The notes beneath the pieces are model-generated. The model saw nothing but the letters and a program-made list of their open reading frames with translations. It searched no databases and was not told the origin of the DNA. From positions 10,634,209 to 10,698,208 of the forward strand of contig NW_002060943.1 in NCBI RefSeq assembly GCF_000150275.1: a stretch of DNA of 64,000 bases, read 5' to 3'. Within the stretch, counting starts at the first letter, position 1. Each line of letters begins with the position of its first letter. Position numbers and translations under genes: made by a program. The stretch comes from Trichoplax adhaerens. Its lineage: Eukaryota > Animalia > Placozoa. Below are positions 51,094 through 64,000 of the stretch, piece after piece.

Positions 51094-52186
51094 TGATATT
51101 ACAATGCTGTGTGTGTAACCATGATAAAGTGTCTTCTCGATAAGAAAACAAGAACTGCAGTTTCTTATAAACTTCACATTGTTACGCAAGTTAGGTTCGT
51201 CTTATGACTACCAAGGGTTATCTAGTTGCAAGCAGACTTATCTCTATAGAGTATCTAAATTATTATAGCAATATTCACGATAAATATACAATCAGTTACA
51301 GATTGATTTTCCTTCAATATAATCATATCTTGCCAATTAAGTCACAAATCAGATCAAAATTTACTATCGCGCCAATCAATTCATAAATCGCGTTTCTAAT
51401 TAAAGCGTCACAATACAACCTTTACATTACTCACACACTTGCTACAATACGTACCATCTACAAATAGACATTTATATAAACTTACAATCTCACATTTTAT
51501 CTACTTTCATGCAATCCAACAATCTTAGTCTTAGATATAATTGGGGCTATGCTACGGTGCCTTATGCACTTGTTCTGGGTAATTCGAATTGAAATGCTAG
51601 TAACCGTTTCTTTTGATGCCAATTTACTTCAGTTTCGCGTAGTAAAATTGAAATTAGCGACTGTTTGATATTTTTTATAAGTTAGAACTAGTTTTAAGCT
51701 ATCGAAATAACCATTATTTTAAGAAGTTCAAATATTTATTATAGCCCTTGAATTATTATATTTGTTTCTACAAATTATATCAATTATACCTCGATATAAT
51801 AAGAAGCTAATATTTTCCAAAAAAGCATTAATACGTAAATGCTATCTATACTTAAGCGATTTATTATGAGTGATCGTTTCGAAGTAGCAATCAATACCGA
51901 TAAATTAATTTGCTAGAACATCATGCACATTTCTCTTAAAAGGCAGATACAAATTCATTATAAAATATCTCTCCTATATTACAATGCTAATTTGAGACTA
52001 GCACTCACTAGTGATGAATTTGATACATACGCTTTCAGTAACGCTCCATGACATTTTAAAATTTTAACATTATCTTTAATCATTGTGTTCATTGTACAGA
52101 ATACCCAAAATCGTTTATTTAAATATTCACGTTTTGTATAAATTTAAAAAAAAGGTGCCGTAACGAATGTTAGTCTCATCATATTT

Positions 52187-55100
52187 TCAGGTAATGCTGC
52201 AAGGAGACTGTTCAGTCACGGTAATACAACCTTCTAATAATTGATTTACAACGGCTCTAGCTAAAAAAGTTGTCGTACTATTTTTATCACACGGACTTGA
52301 GCTGAAGAAGTGATCTTCTTGTTCCTATAAAGTATATGCATATAGAGTATTATACATCTGTTCAATCGTTACGTTAAAGCAGATATATTTATGTCCTGAA
52401 AGTGTTTATATAATTAATTTAACCTCCAGTGTAAGTCCTTCATAATTCGGATTTGAGGCAATAAATAATTCAATAGCATTCATTACAATCTATGAGAACG
52501 AAATAAGCGTCTATTAAAAGCAAGTTCTCCGTATAGTAACATGCCATTGAAACATCTACCTTATTTAGATTAATAACTTCTTGAAAATGTAGTTCAGGAT
52601 TTCGTTCCGCGATGGTAGCAATGACAGTTAATAACTAGCAAATACATAGGAATCAATCGTTTTTATCAAGTTTTAGCAATTATTATTTAGCCAGATATAT
52701 AAAATATATTACTTCAACTGCAATCTGCCGATATTGCGGTTTAGAAATCCCAGAAAGCATCTCTTCAACTCTTAGTGCAAACCCCATTCCACGGCATGTC
52801 ATCTCCTTTATGGTTGGAGACTTAAAGTAATAATTAATGAAGTTCATATTAATAAGGCAAATCTTTGAATAGTTAATTTAAGAATAAATGCTACTTTTAA
52901 TTAGATTGTTGGTGATTGAAAGTAACTGCGTTGGTATCGGCAATTAATTTTACCCGTGGTAGAACCTTTCCTGATACGCAAATACCATCTGGTGCTTTAT
53001 ATAATACATTCCATACTATATGATGGAAGAAAAAGTTTGGTAATTATCTGTGAATATTACTAAATTGCAAAGTTGATGAATGTTTACCATTTTCATAAAA
53101 ATTTTTGGGAACTCGGTTTATAGCTCCAACTAAAATCCGATGATAAAGCCATCTCCTACGCAACCATTTAAAGATATTTATATTCAGTTCTTGCAAGAAC
53201 TTCGTGATGTAAACAGTATCTTATTAATTTTAATTCGAAGTACTTTAAAAAAAATCCCCTACTTTTCAGATTTAACTTCTGGTAATTCATGAAATTCGGA
53301 GGATAATAATTGAATCAGCAATTTTCTAATCATACTTGGGGATAAACTTTCAACACACTGACATCAAGACCGAAAGAAAAAGTTATGATTACGAAACTGT
53401 ATTTAGTATGAAATGAGTTAGAGGTAGTAGCTGTATTAATCCTGCGATAACCTTGTCTGAGTTTAGAATCAATTTCATCATTTCTCTCATCGCTTGAATA
53501 ATCCAACTGAAATATAATTTGCGAACATGTAGCATATTAAACTCTCCGACAAATTGGTAGCGTTAAATTCAAACGAAGGAGTTAATACCCAATTCGCAGT
53601 CGCAGCATCCCGGTAAAAAGATGAGAGGAAGACAATATTAAGTCCGCCAAAAATATTACTAACTAATATTGTCAGTAAAAATATATGCATTGATTAATTA
53701 TTCAGAAGTATTATGTTAATATATTGCAGTTTCTAAGGTAATTTATGTTATGCTTGACCATCATTACCTCCTGCTGCAATACGGCTTCTCTTACATTATA
53801 ACTAACGCACTTGCTATATAAAATTAACTGCAAAAGAATAATGCATCTTAAAATAAAAGTTATGTATACAATGAAAATCGACCTAAAGTACCTTAATCTC
53901 AGCGGGCGTTAAAGGGCTAGAGACAACAACTTCCTCGTGACCAAATATACCTAAGGTAACCTAAAAAGGAAGGTATTGTTACGATCAGTAGCATAAGTAG
54001 GGCAGTTACAGGTGTATACTACAATTGTGGTTAGAAATAAATTTAAATTACTGTACCTGCTTTCCTTTAACTAACATTGTAGTGATAGATGGAGCTAAAC
54101 TATCCACTACTTTATTTAGCAGACTTGCTCCGTATCGTATGGCTGACCTAATGTAGGAAATGAGAAAAAAACAAATTTGTTGGGCGAACTGAAATACTTT
54201 GTAACTTGATGGAATGATAAGTGAATGAGCAGGCTATAATATTTAAATGTCAGTTATCTGTAAATCTTACCATGCTAACACGCTGCAAGCTGTTGAATAG
54301 ACAGAGTTAACACAATCCAGGATATTTCCTGTGCAAATTACAAAAATATTCCATGTAAATAGCACTGTTAACCTTTTATTGTCAAGTTAGTATAGCTGAC
54401 CGTCAATGAAATAATGCCCAGGTCCATGATCTTTAAGAAGGATATTTAATATTGTCATTTTCTTTAATAAATTATCAGTCTCCTATATAAAACCGAATAT
54501 TACAAAGCTAAGTAAATTGCCATTACGAACTATAAAATTAAAAATTTGCCTTAAATCCTTTCTCTAAGTCTCCATACGACAATGATTTCAGTTGTTCTTC
54601 ATCAATTTCTTCCTCCGTGACTTCTTCTAAAGATAAAATTTTCTTGGTTGTCATTGAAAAACTTCTAATCTCCCTTGGCGATAGAATCTCACGAGTATCT
54701 CTTCGTTTTATTTGTGGCAATAAACTACAAAAATATGAACAGGCTTGATGAAAAGTACGTGTAAAGGAATTCGACTGGATTTGTCATTGGTTGAAGTACC
54801 AACGAAAATAACTCACATTTTGTTGATGTCTTCTTTAACAAAATCTAAGCTTGCAGTACACCCCGATGACAATAATACCTTATAATATAAGCAGATTTAC
54901 AGGGAATAATTTAGAATGTGAAATTATCAGTAACTATGACACCTAATTGCCTCATGAACAATATCAGCTAGTACAGTATATACTGTATGTGTAAATACCT
55001 GCAATTTTCCCAGTCTTATTCTAACGCCATTACATTCTCCTGTCTTTAGTGTGTAGATTAGATCAAATATTTCCCTGAAATGGCTTCTCCTATTTAGCGT

Positions 55101-58100
55101 TAATTTTCGAAAAACAACAACAATGAGGATGAATCTGGAGTATACGGGCATGCCTATTTCGTTATACTTTCTTTCATTTATACTATGATTAAAATCTTAT
55201 AATCAGCAAAGGATATGATTTCACGGTCTAAAGATATATGAATTAAGGCTATACTAAAAAGAATTTGAGTAGGGTTGTCCACCTGACATTAAAATCTCTG
55301 AGAAATACACAAACAGTTGGCCTCCCGGTCATATTCCAGTTATCATGAATAAATTTTAGGCCATTCTAACGAAATATTGAAATAAAAACATTAAGATAAT
55401 GTGAGTCTTTCCATGACGAACATGCATGGTCAGCCTTTAGTTCAGTAGCATTAGTACCTAAATCAGTATATCTACTTAATGTCACTGGCATTGCAAGAAA
55501 GTGATAGTTATAATCGAACTTGAAACGCATTATATTTTTCGCTTTAATACAAATACAATAGAGACGCATACCTTCAAATTATTTATAAAAACAGAAGAGT
55601 CCAATGACATATAAAAGTCTGTCTGATCCAACATCAAAGGATAGGATATAATCGGAATACCATGCAGACGATAGACCTAACATCAACGTTAATATGTTTC
55701 AATGTATGACTAATTATATAATTATCAATACCATAATCATCCGATACAATGTAATTAAGTTAGATTAGAAACTGCCACTTTATAATTGCCGTAGTTTATT
55801 CAACACAACTAGGTCTCTATCAATTATGGTATTATACAGTTGGTGAACCCTCGTCTGATTACCTAATTAATCAATTATTATAAATGTAACAAATATTACC
55901 TTGCTGGTTCCTAATGGTCCCATGGGACGCTTTGGTCTCCCGTTTAAGCCAAGTTTTTTATTATATCCCAGTTGCTCGAATCTCTATAAAGTTTTAAAGG
56001 TGCATCATAATTCAATCTCTTGATGGGATTATAATAAATCCCTATATCGCAATACCGTGATTAATTCATTAGGAGTCCAGATTTGCACTGGTTCTACTTG
56101 CTCTCTCGTCTGAGTATCAATTCCATATGTTGCGAGCAAAGACTGTAGGCTACAGTGGTATTAAAATTAATCTTAAGATGAAAGATCACGTTCTTATTCT
56201 CAAAATATTAAATATATTCCTCACGTTCGACTCTCTGTTATTAATGCAATTTGTACTACTACAGGTGAAGTTTGAATCTGGAAATATAAAAATTGCGAAT
56301 TGTTCAAATGAGAGAAACTAGGATTTAATTCTTAAATATTCTGAAAATTTTATTCCATATATTACTTTAAAAGAGCCGCCGCCTTTAGAACTATACTGAC
56401 GCCATAAAGAGGAAGGTGAATGACGGCCAATAACATCAATATCATCCACGGTAATCAGTTCATCAACTATCTCATTAACAATACCGCTCAAGTTACTTAG
56501 GTATTCTAACATCAATTCGCAACAGAATGAGCTTCTTTAAACATACCTAACAATTGTTGTATGTAATAAAGAGACTGCCCCTGTAAAAACAAACTACCCG
56601 GATATCTGCTACCACATATCTTTTTAGTCTGGGATTTAGGATTCACTCGCTCAGAATGGACATAATGCTTTGGTACATAGTAAAATTCTGGAACTATTTC
56701 CGCTGTGATGGATTAAAAGAGATATTATTCAGAATACCATATATTTAATTTAATTTAAATAATTTCGCACAACATTTGTACGAAACTAACTTCCATCGCT
56801 CATATATATAAGATCTTTCAGACGGTCACGATATTTTTGAGATTTTTCTTCATCACCGTTAAAGATTGCTAATGATATGAGAAAATGATTAGCTCTTTAG
56901 TGATACTATATAAACACCGCAGAAGTTAATTACTGTAGTTCTGATAAGCACTAAAGAAAATCAATTAAGGGCTGTTATACATAATATTGATCAAAATTAC
57001 CGTCTAACGATAGAAATATGAGGTATATTGGCCATTCACATTCCAAGTTTTTAGATCGCTATTTATTTATCCAAAATAACAAGACATAATAGAATGAGAG
57101 AAGACTGCAATATGACGTACGTGTATTTGTATATTCTACTGTATACTGTATATATTGTTAATAGGTCCATCAGAAACCCCAGCATGAAATTGTTCTTACC
57201 TGAGTTAGGGTATAGCCGTCATCGATACAATCTACAACTGGTACATGATAAGAATCATTGACGAAACGTTTTAAACCATAGGATCCCTAAGAATACAATT
57301 AAAATGTATTTATCTTCGGAATTAAGCGTTCCAGGAAGCGTATATACACCGGGTAAATCTGAATCAAAAATATTAACTAGAGTAATAATTAATTAATTCG
57401 GTGAATCTTACCATTAATTTATTTAAAATGACCGCTTTAGTCTTTAATTGGAGTTCTTCATCAGTCACTGCAAACGCTGGATAGCCAACGCTAGCTAATA
57501 GAGCAGCATCAGTATCCTAATCAAACATTTACAGTAACAACACTAATGAATTCTTTAATATAAGTACACCATAGAAATATTATAAGGATGGAATATTGAT
57601 ATGCTTTGTTGAGGTACTTGCTTACTCTAGTACTTGATTCCCTAGGCAGAAGAGTGTGAAAGATAGTATTATTTCGGTGATACGCATCAGGGTCGACATA
57701 AATAACTGACGACGAAGTTCCCTGATGTAAAAAATCGCATCATCACATGCTTAGTTATTATAGAAACATGTACTATTACAAGATTACTGAAAAAAATGAA
57801 ACAAATTAAGTACGCATCGTAATTCTAAAATGTATATAGGGATTTAAAAAAGGATGCATGCAAAATCTAAATTTAATGAAATGATACCGCTGGTCCAAAA
57901 ACGTTGAATCCATTAATAGCATGTAATGCAGCCAAAACCATCCCAATCGAACTATATAGAAATGTAGTACAATAGTGGTTACTTTAGGGTTAAGGCTATC
58001 TTCGTTTAACACTTCATACATACGCGTATGCATTCTACAGCATATTTTATTTCGTTGCTATAGTGTAATCGCTTAGAGGTACCTTGCGCGTAGTTCTCTA

Positions 58101-59612
58101 TTAGCATCTTTTTTATTATCAGTATGATGCATGCCGTAGTCGGGAGTCCGATAAGCTCGTTCAATATAATATACAAGATTTTGAATTAGATCTACCTCAT
58201 CGCTAGTATAAACAACCTGCGAACATAATTCAATTTATCATAAATTTAAGATTTAAAATAACTGAAAATAGTTGATTTAAAATTAGAATAATAGGATTAA
58301 AAATAAGTGAAGTACAGTACCTGTAAACCTGAACCTATCATCTGAACTAAATACAACATGTATAAGGCAACAGCGTCGATCTGTCAAGATATAAGCAAAT
58401 CCAAAAGATCAATCAATTAACTATGCTATGATATAATATTATCAATAAATGGTGTACGCTTAAAAGATTATACAAGATTGTAATACTGCAGTGATTAGTC
58501 AAGCAAATAACAATTACTTATCAATTAAATAAATAATTATATCTTTCGGATGCATTAAGGTATAACTTACTTCTAATTGACCTGCAATATCACCTATAGG
58601 GTCCCCAGTGACGATATGGTAGGTACTATAAAGAGAATCTTGCCATGATTGGGTTCTCTTAAATTTCTCCATCTATTAAAATGTGAAGTATTAGTTGAAG
58701 TTAATATGGAAATTATTAAGCTAATGATGTAAACGAAATGTCCTGATGCATCAGTTTACGATACTAAGAAGTAAAAAAATGCAAATAATCATTCTGTAGC
58801 TGTTAAGAAATAGTAAAATAAGTCGTAATTATTTTCACTTTCGAATTATTCATCGCCATCAGGGACACCATCATCGTATTTAGACATTACATATTTGTAA
58901 TAGAGCAGTATTGAGCAGTATAATTTGCACATCAATTAATGCGATATTACGTTATAACTTCAGATCTTCTCATACCCTATCAGTTTGACGCAAGTAGCAG
59001 AATAAGATTCCTCTCATGCATTTTACCGCACTTTGTTGCAATTCATAAGTTCTACCGCGATCATCATCTAATTTCCTACATAGTAATAATTAAATTCACT
59101 ATTAGGTATGAGATACACTACAACAGGCAAGGAAATTATGATGATTACAGGTAATAACTTTAGGCAAGGAGAGTAATTCTATTACAATGAATATGACTGG
59201 AGAAAACAATCCTAATTCGTTTATTCTTGATGAAAACTAGCATCAAGCAAATACAAGAGAGATTGATCTGACCATTATCATCCGCTATCATTGAATTTGT
59301 GATACAGTGTACAGTAGTACATCAGACCTATAAGCCAAGGATAGAGACCAGATAGCTGCAGCACAATAAATATTATCTCTAACATGACCACAAAGTGAAT
59401 CAGGACCCTTTATATTTGTATCCAAAGGAAATAATCCAATAGAAGGGCTTTGATATTTTAGGATCAGTTTCTTAACTAAGATACACGTATATAATATAGA
59501 AATTATGAGTCCTACTAACGCTATCATCAACATAAGCCACGGATACAGTTTTACACCTACTTGCAACGTAATAAGTGTCTAAACGCTTGCTTAATGCTTC
59601 CATATTAGCCAT
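52187..59612 (-). CDS. PHKB: Phosphorylase b kinase regulatory subunit beta (GH15/glucoamylase-like fold, C-terminal CaaX); about 36 exons
   Basis: [15 protein letters not shown]...[10 protein letters not shown]...[47 protein letters not shown]; LLPRES; [18 protein letters not shown]; [27 protein letters not shown]; [10 protein letters not shown]; ends PCSIT*. Lacks the alpha-type insertion before RWLYHR, so beta. One GC-AG intron at 54483-54549. Confidence 0.95.
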
Positions 59613-60527
59613 CTTTACTGTATATGATATCAACAATTACAGTCGAGCAAGTTTTCAATGAATGCCAATAATATTTATCAAATGTCAACACTCTTTAAGT
59701 CTTTTGGTTGCTGGCTGTACGCACATGTCAAACCATTTAATATCGTCTTTTTCTTTTTCTTTAGTATAGTAGTCCCTGTTGGAATAGATAGCTCTAGTCA
59801 ATTTGTGAGAATATTATTGAACAGATTAACTTAAGAATGTGCAGTGCAGTACCGAAAGTTCGATGCTTACTGTACATACTGTACAGTGTACAGTCTAGTA
59901 CTGTAGCAGTAGTACGGTACAGTACTGTACAGTATACTGTAGTACTGTACAGCTGCAGCTATGCATTCATACTGTACCTTTAGTAGAAGTCATCATACTG
60001 TAGGCGTACTGTACTGTACTGTACTGTACTGTATACGCGTGTACAGTATACCGTACGGTACATTACACCATAGGCTTTCAGAATTAATGCTATGCTGTAC
60101 TCCAAAAATGGAGTAAAAACCCAACCCGAACCCGATCAAACCCGATCAAACCCGATCAAATTCTTGATTTTCTAACCCGAAATGAGTGCAATCGCTATAA
60201 TGTACAAGCAGGGTATCAGTGCAGAACTACTTAACCCGAATCCCTCTCTCGAGTCAGCTTTAAATCGGGTTTCGGGTTGACTTTTATTAACCTAACCTTA
60301 AGGACACTGCACTGCACTATGCTGCACAGTGTACAGTGTGCAGTACACCATACAGTACTGTACACTGTACCACTGATCGTCACGGTACTGTACAATGTAC
60401 TGTACAGTACGTACTTTACTGTACAGTACAGTACACTGTATTGTACACTGCTGCAATGTACTGTAGGAACTTCGACATGATTTGAACGAGACTACTTGGC
60501 TGATTGCTGAACATCCCGGCTGGAGCC
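59613..60527. promoter_or_regulatory. Bidirectional promoter region PHKB <- -> GPATCH1
   Basis: About 915 bp separate divergent ATGs at 59612 (-) and 60528 (+). Confidence 0.75.
59868..60465. repeat. Two (TACTG/CAGTA)n arms (about 59868-60062 and 60304-60465) flanking an AACCCGA inverted-repeat core in the PHKB-GPATCH1 divergent promoter
   Basis: gtactgtactgtactgtactgtactgta at about 60006-60033. Core 60116-60284 carries (AAACCCGATC)-type tandem units and terminal inverted repeats. Confidence 0.9.
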
Positions 60528-63500
60528 ATGGCAGACGACGGCGGCAGCTATGTTGTCATTGGAACGCCATTTGAAGTATTAGATGAGAATGAGCCTCGTA
60601 AAAAGCCTATACCGATTCATGAACAAGTAGTGAAGGATGAAAAAGGGCGTAGGAGATTTCATGGAGCTTTCACTGGAGGATTTTCTGCTGGCTATTTTAA
60701 TACAGTTGGAAGTAAAGAAGGTAATATTGAATCAATGTAAAATGCTTTCTGTCTACTTCTTCCTTGATGTCCCTACAGTCTAGCTACAAGACGTACACAC
60801 GTAATATAGGATAGTTTATTTCTGAAATAGGATGGACACCATCTGCTTTCGTTTCTTCACGTTCTGATCGAAAGGATAAAATGCCAGTTTCCAGTAACCC
60901 AGAAGATTTCATGGATGCTGAAGTAAGTAGCATCAGTAGCACATCATCGCGCACTATGTTATGCATGCGTACAGTTGCAAATTTACTCTTTCTAGCACGC
61001 GTACTGCAGCTATGCAATGTAGCAACGAATTCAATGTATTTGAATTGTATTTTCTGCGATTAGGATTTTGAAGATTTCGGTATAGCACCTAAAAGGGTAA
61101 CTGTTAAAGAAAAATTTGCTGGTTCAGAATTGGAATTCGCTGGATTGAGGCAGCAAATCGCTTCTGAAAATAACATTCTAAGCGAGAATATTTTGCAAGA
61201 TTTAATATTACCCGCAAAGTAGGACTTGCGATAGCTTGCTGGATATTGCTTGCAATGAGATTCCTATGCTTATACGTTTTGATGCCGTAATAAACCTATA
61301 AACTTATTATTTATACTCTATATCCAAAATACTGAATGCCTATCTGACTTTGTATTTGTGATATACTCGTATAGTAGAGTAGAGAGCATTGATGTGATCA
61401 GTAATCGTGAATGACTATTTTTATACTGTATAATAACATGATGACATTCATAATTAAATAGGTTGCCTATTGGAGAGAAATTAATGAAAAAAATGGGTTG
61501 GAAAAAGAATCAAGGTGTTGGCCCTAGAGTTAATTACAAGAAAAAGACTGGTATGACAGATGAATTACCACAATTTTACCGTAAAGATTGCTTTGATGTT
61601 GTCCTGCTATTTGTAGACACACGTATTAATCACATATTTAATGTTCTGTATAATTGCGAAATGCTTTTAGGCAGTACAGATATAGGCATTGATAGCGAAT
61701 TCGATGTAAGTTATCCAAAATGTAATATATTTGATACAACCTTCGCTACAATTGTACACAAGTATTAACAATTTTTACCTTGGTATCTCAAATGAAAAAT
61801 TCAAATTACAGCATTTACAACTAATATATGACTAAAAGTACCGTATACAATTTATCATTCCACAATAATGCACGCAGAATACACTACGTGATGATCCTTA
61901 CTCGAAGGGAATATTGTTTGCTCCAACTGACACTGTCAGCGTATCTTATGAAATTAAAGATGATCAGAAAGGTCTTGGATATAAAGGATTAAATCCAGCC
62001 GATGTATTGGGAATAACCGGTGATATAAATTTATCAATCCCATATAAATCTGCAGATAAGAGAAAAGGAATCACAGGACAGGTAAATTCTACGACAAATA
62101 TCTTAGGAGTTTCGAAGTCATGGTCTAATTATGTACTTTTTATTTTCCCTTAGGCGTTTGGTGTAGGTGCACTTGAAGAAGAAGATGATTCAATATATTC
62201 GATTGATAATATGACAAATTATGATACTATTCTTAATGATGAAAGTTATAAAAATGATTCGCATCAGAAGATTGCCGTCAAGAGTGCGTAAGAGATTCAT
62301 CATATTTCTTAACTTTTATTATCGCTTTTTAGGGAGATTATGGATATTTTCTGACAATATGCTTTAGTTACTATGTCTGAAATACTTCACTAGATAATAT
62401 ACGTATGTCATCTGTTGCCAATATGTACACTGTCTTGAATACATTTTTTATAAAGTTGTGAATTTAGTTAAAAATAGATCACACGGACGGCATCAGCTTG
62501 AAGGCTTTTTACTTGCTGATCGATCACAATCTCCTACTAAGGTTATTGCTCTAGAGCCCAGCCCATCAGTCATACATTTTTTGATATTAACTGTATCGAA
62601 CTCTAACTACTAACGTAAGGAAGAAACATTTCCAATAGCTTACGCTACCTATTCTTTTCCAAATGCAGAAATTCTTACCTCCAGAATTGCCACATGAATA
62701 TAGGCCTATTCATATTTTTAAGGATGATGTTCCAGTTACTGGTTCATCAGATAGTCGACATAGCATGTTGAGCACACAAAGAGGGCAGCTTTTGGGCGAA
62801 CAACCAATTGAAGGTAACGTGCAAATTGGAAATTTGCTACGATTTATCAATAAGTCCTGTAGGAATATGTATAAAATAAAGTTTGATTTTTTACAAATTT
62901 TTATTTAATAAATCTGTTAGGTCCATCTCAATCAATAAGTGGCCTTTTATCAGAAGATGATAAAGTGCGCCTTACGAATATTAGTAAAGCGACCGCATCG
63001 ATTAACATGATGTATACTTACTCTAACCAATTTTCGGATTATTTATTTTTGCCACGCTCCAAGATATTATTTTTTGCTCGGCTAAAAGTTTTACCAAATA
63101 TTTACGCAGGAATCAGGAGATGCAATCACAGTCAGCTAACCACCGATCTCAACAGCAAGGTTTCAACTGTTTAGTTATAAATTTTATTGCATTCTCAAAT
63201 ATTTGCAAGTACGATAATAAACATAACTCCCTAAAAATATGAATACGGATAGATGACAGTAAAATTACAGAATGGGAAAAGGAGCAGGAAAAAGAAGATT
63301 TTGCTCGAACAGCTAAACGATTTGAAGTATTAGGAAAAGCTATGGCAGCACGATTTACATCGTCACGATCTTACACGTGTGGCGATGAAGAAATAACCAC
63401 TATAAGCGATCAAACTGAAGAGGTACTACGATTTAATAAGATAACACATTGACTATTTCGTTACTGCAAGGCTTTAGATTGATTTCTTAAATGTGTAAGG

Positions 63501-64000
63501 TTGTAATTAATTAAACACCTTTTTTCAGGATTCCGATTCAAGAGACCGTGCTAAAGCTGCTTCAATGAAGTTATTTGGAAAGTTAACCCGAAGATCTTTC
63601 GAATGGCATCCAGATAAATTACTTTGTAAAAGATTCAATGTTGCAGATCCATTTCCGAGGTATGAGTTCTTGTTCGTACTTACTAACAGTTATATAAAAT
63701 TTGCTGTAATACCCATAGTTGACATTACTGTTAATATTTTCCGATACGGTAACCTTATTTGTAATGGTGTTAATCAAGATCTTCGAAGATTGGTATCCCA
63801 CAAGGGAAACTAGAAAAGCTTTCCATTAAAGACACTAGTACCTTTCTACAAGCTGTATCTTTTCAACATCCATCTGATGAACTTGAAAAGCAGAAATTGG
63901 ACTCTAAACAAAGCAATGTGGATAACGAAGTAATATCGACTGATGGAAATCAGTTATCGCAAAATCCCAGCATGAGAACGGACACGGAACATGACCTTAT
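60528..64000 (+). CDS. GPATCH1: G-patch domain-containing protein 1 (3' end beyond the window)
   Basis: [51 protein letters not shown]-patch [67 protein letters not shown]. Confidence 0.96.

Noticed and set aside
60116-60160. AACCCG units as interstitial telomeric repeat
   Set aside because: The unit is not TTAGGG/CCCTAA, the period is 10 bp, and copies are inverted at the far end.

Overview
AT-rich, intron-dense animal genomic DNA with short introns and tightly packed genes. The style suggests a placozoan (Trichoplax-like); this is an inference, not a verified identification. Hand-splicing the GT..AG exons gives ten genes in order: the 3' part of an unknown coiled-coil gene (+), NDUFS3 (-) head-to-head with COPS4 (+), a 4-exon 128-aa secreted precursor missing from the ORF track (+), two tandem ANKRD60-like ubiquitin-like/ankyrin genes (+) each preceded by an RFX X-box, LPCAT paralog A (+), ITFG1/LINKIN (+), LPCAT paralog B (+), and phosphorylase kinase beta PHKB (-) head-to-head with GPATCH1 (+, truncated by the window end). 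The two strongest leads are (1) the candidate peptide precursor at 14459-15576, with a signal peptide and a C-terminus ...VAR|GNECNNPDDCFPFAGFFF-G-stop that predicts a Cys-looped amidated peptide, and (2) a recurring promoter architecture in which TACTG/CAGTA arrays flank a central inverted repeat at all three housekeeping promoter regions. No rRNA, tRNA, CRISPR array or transposase was recognised. All exon coordinates were read by hand.
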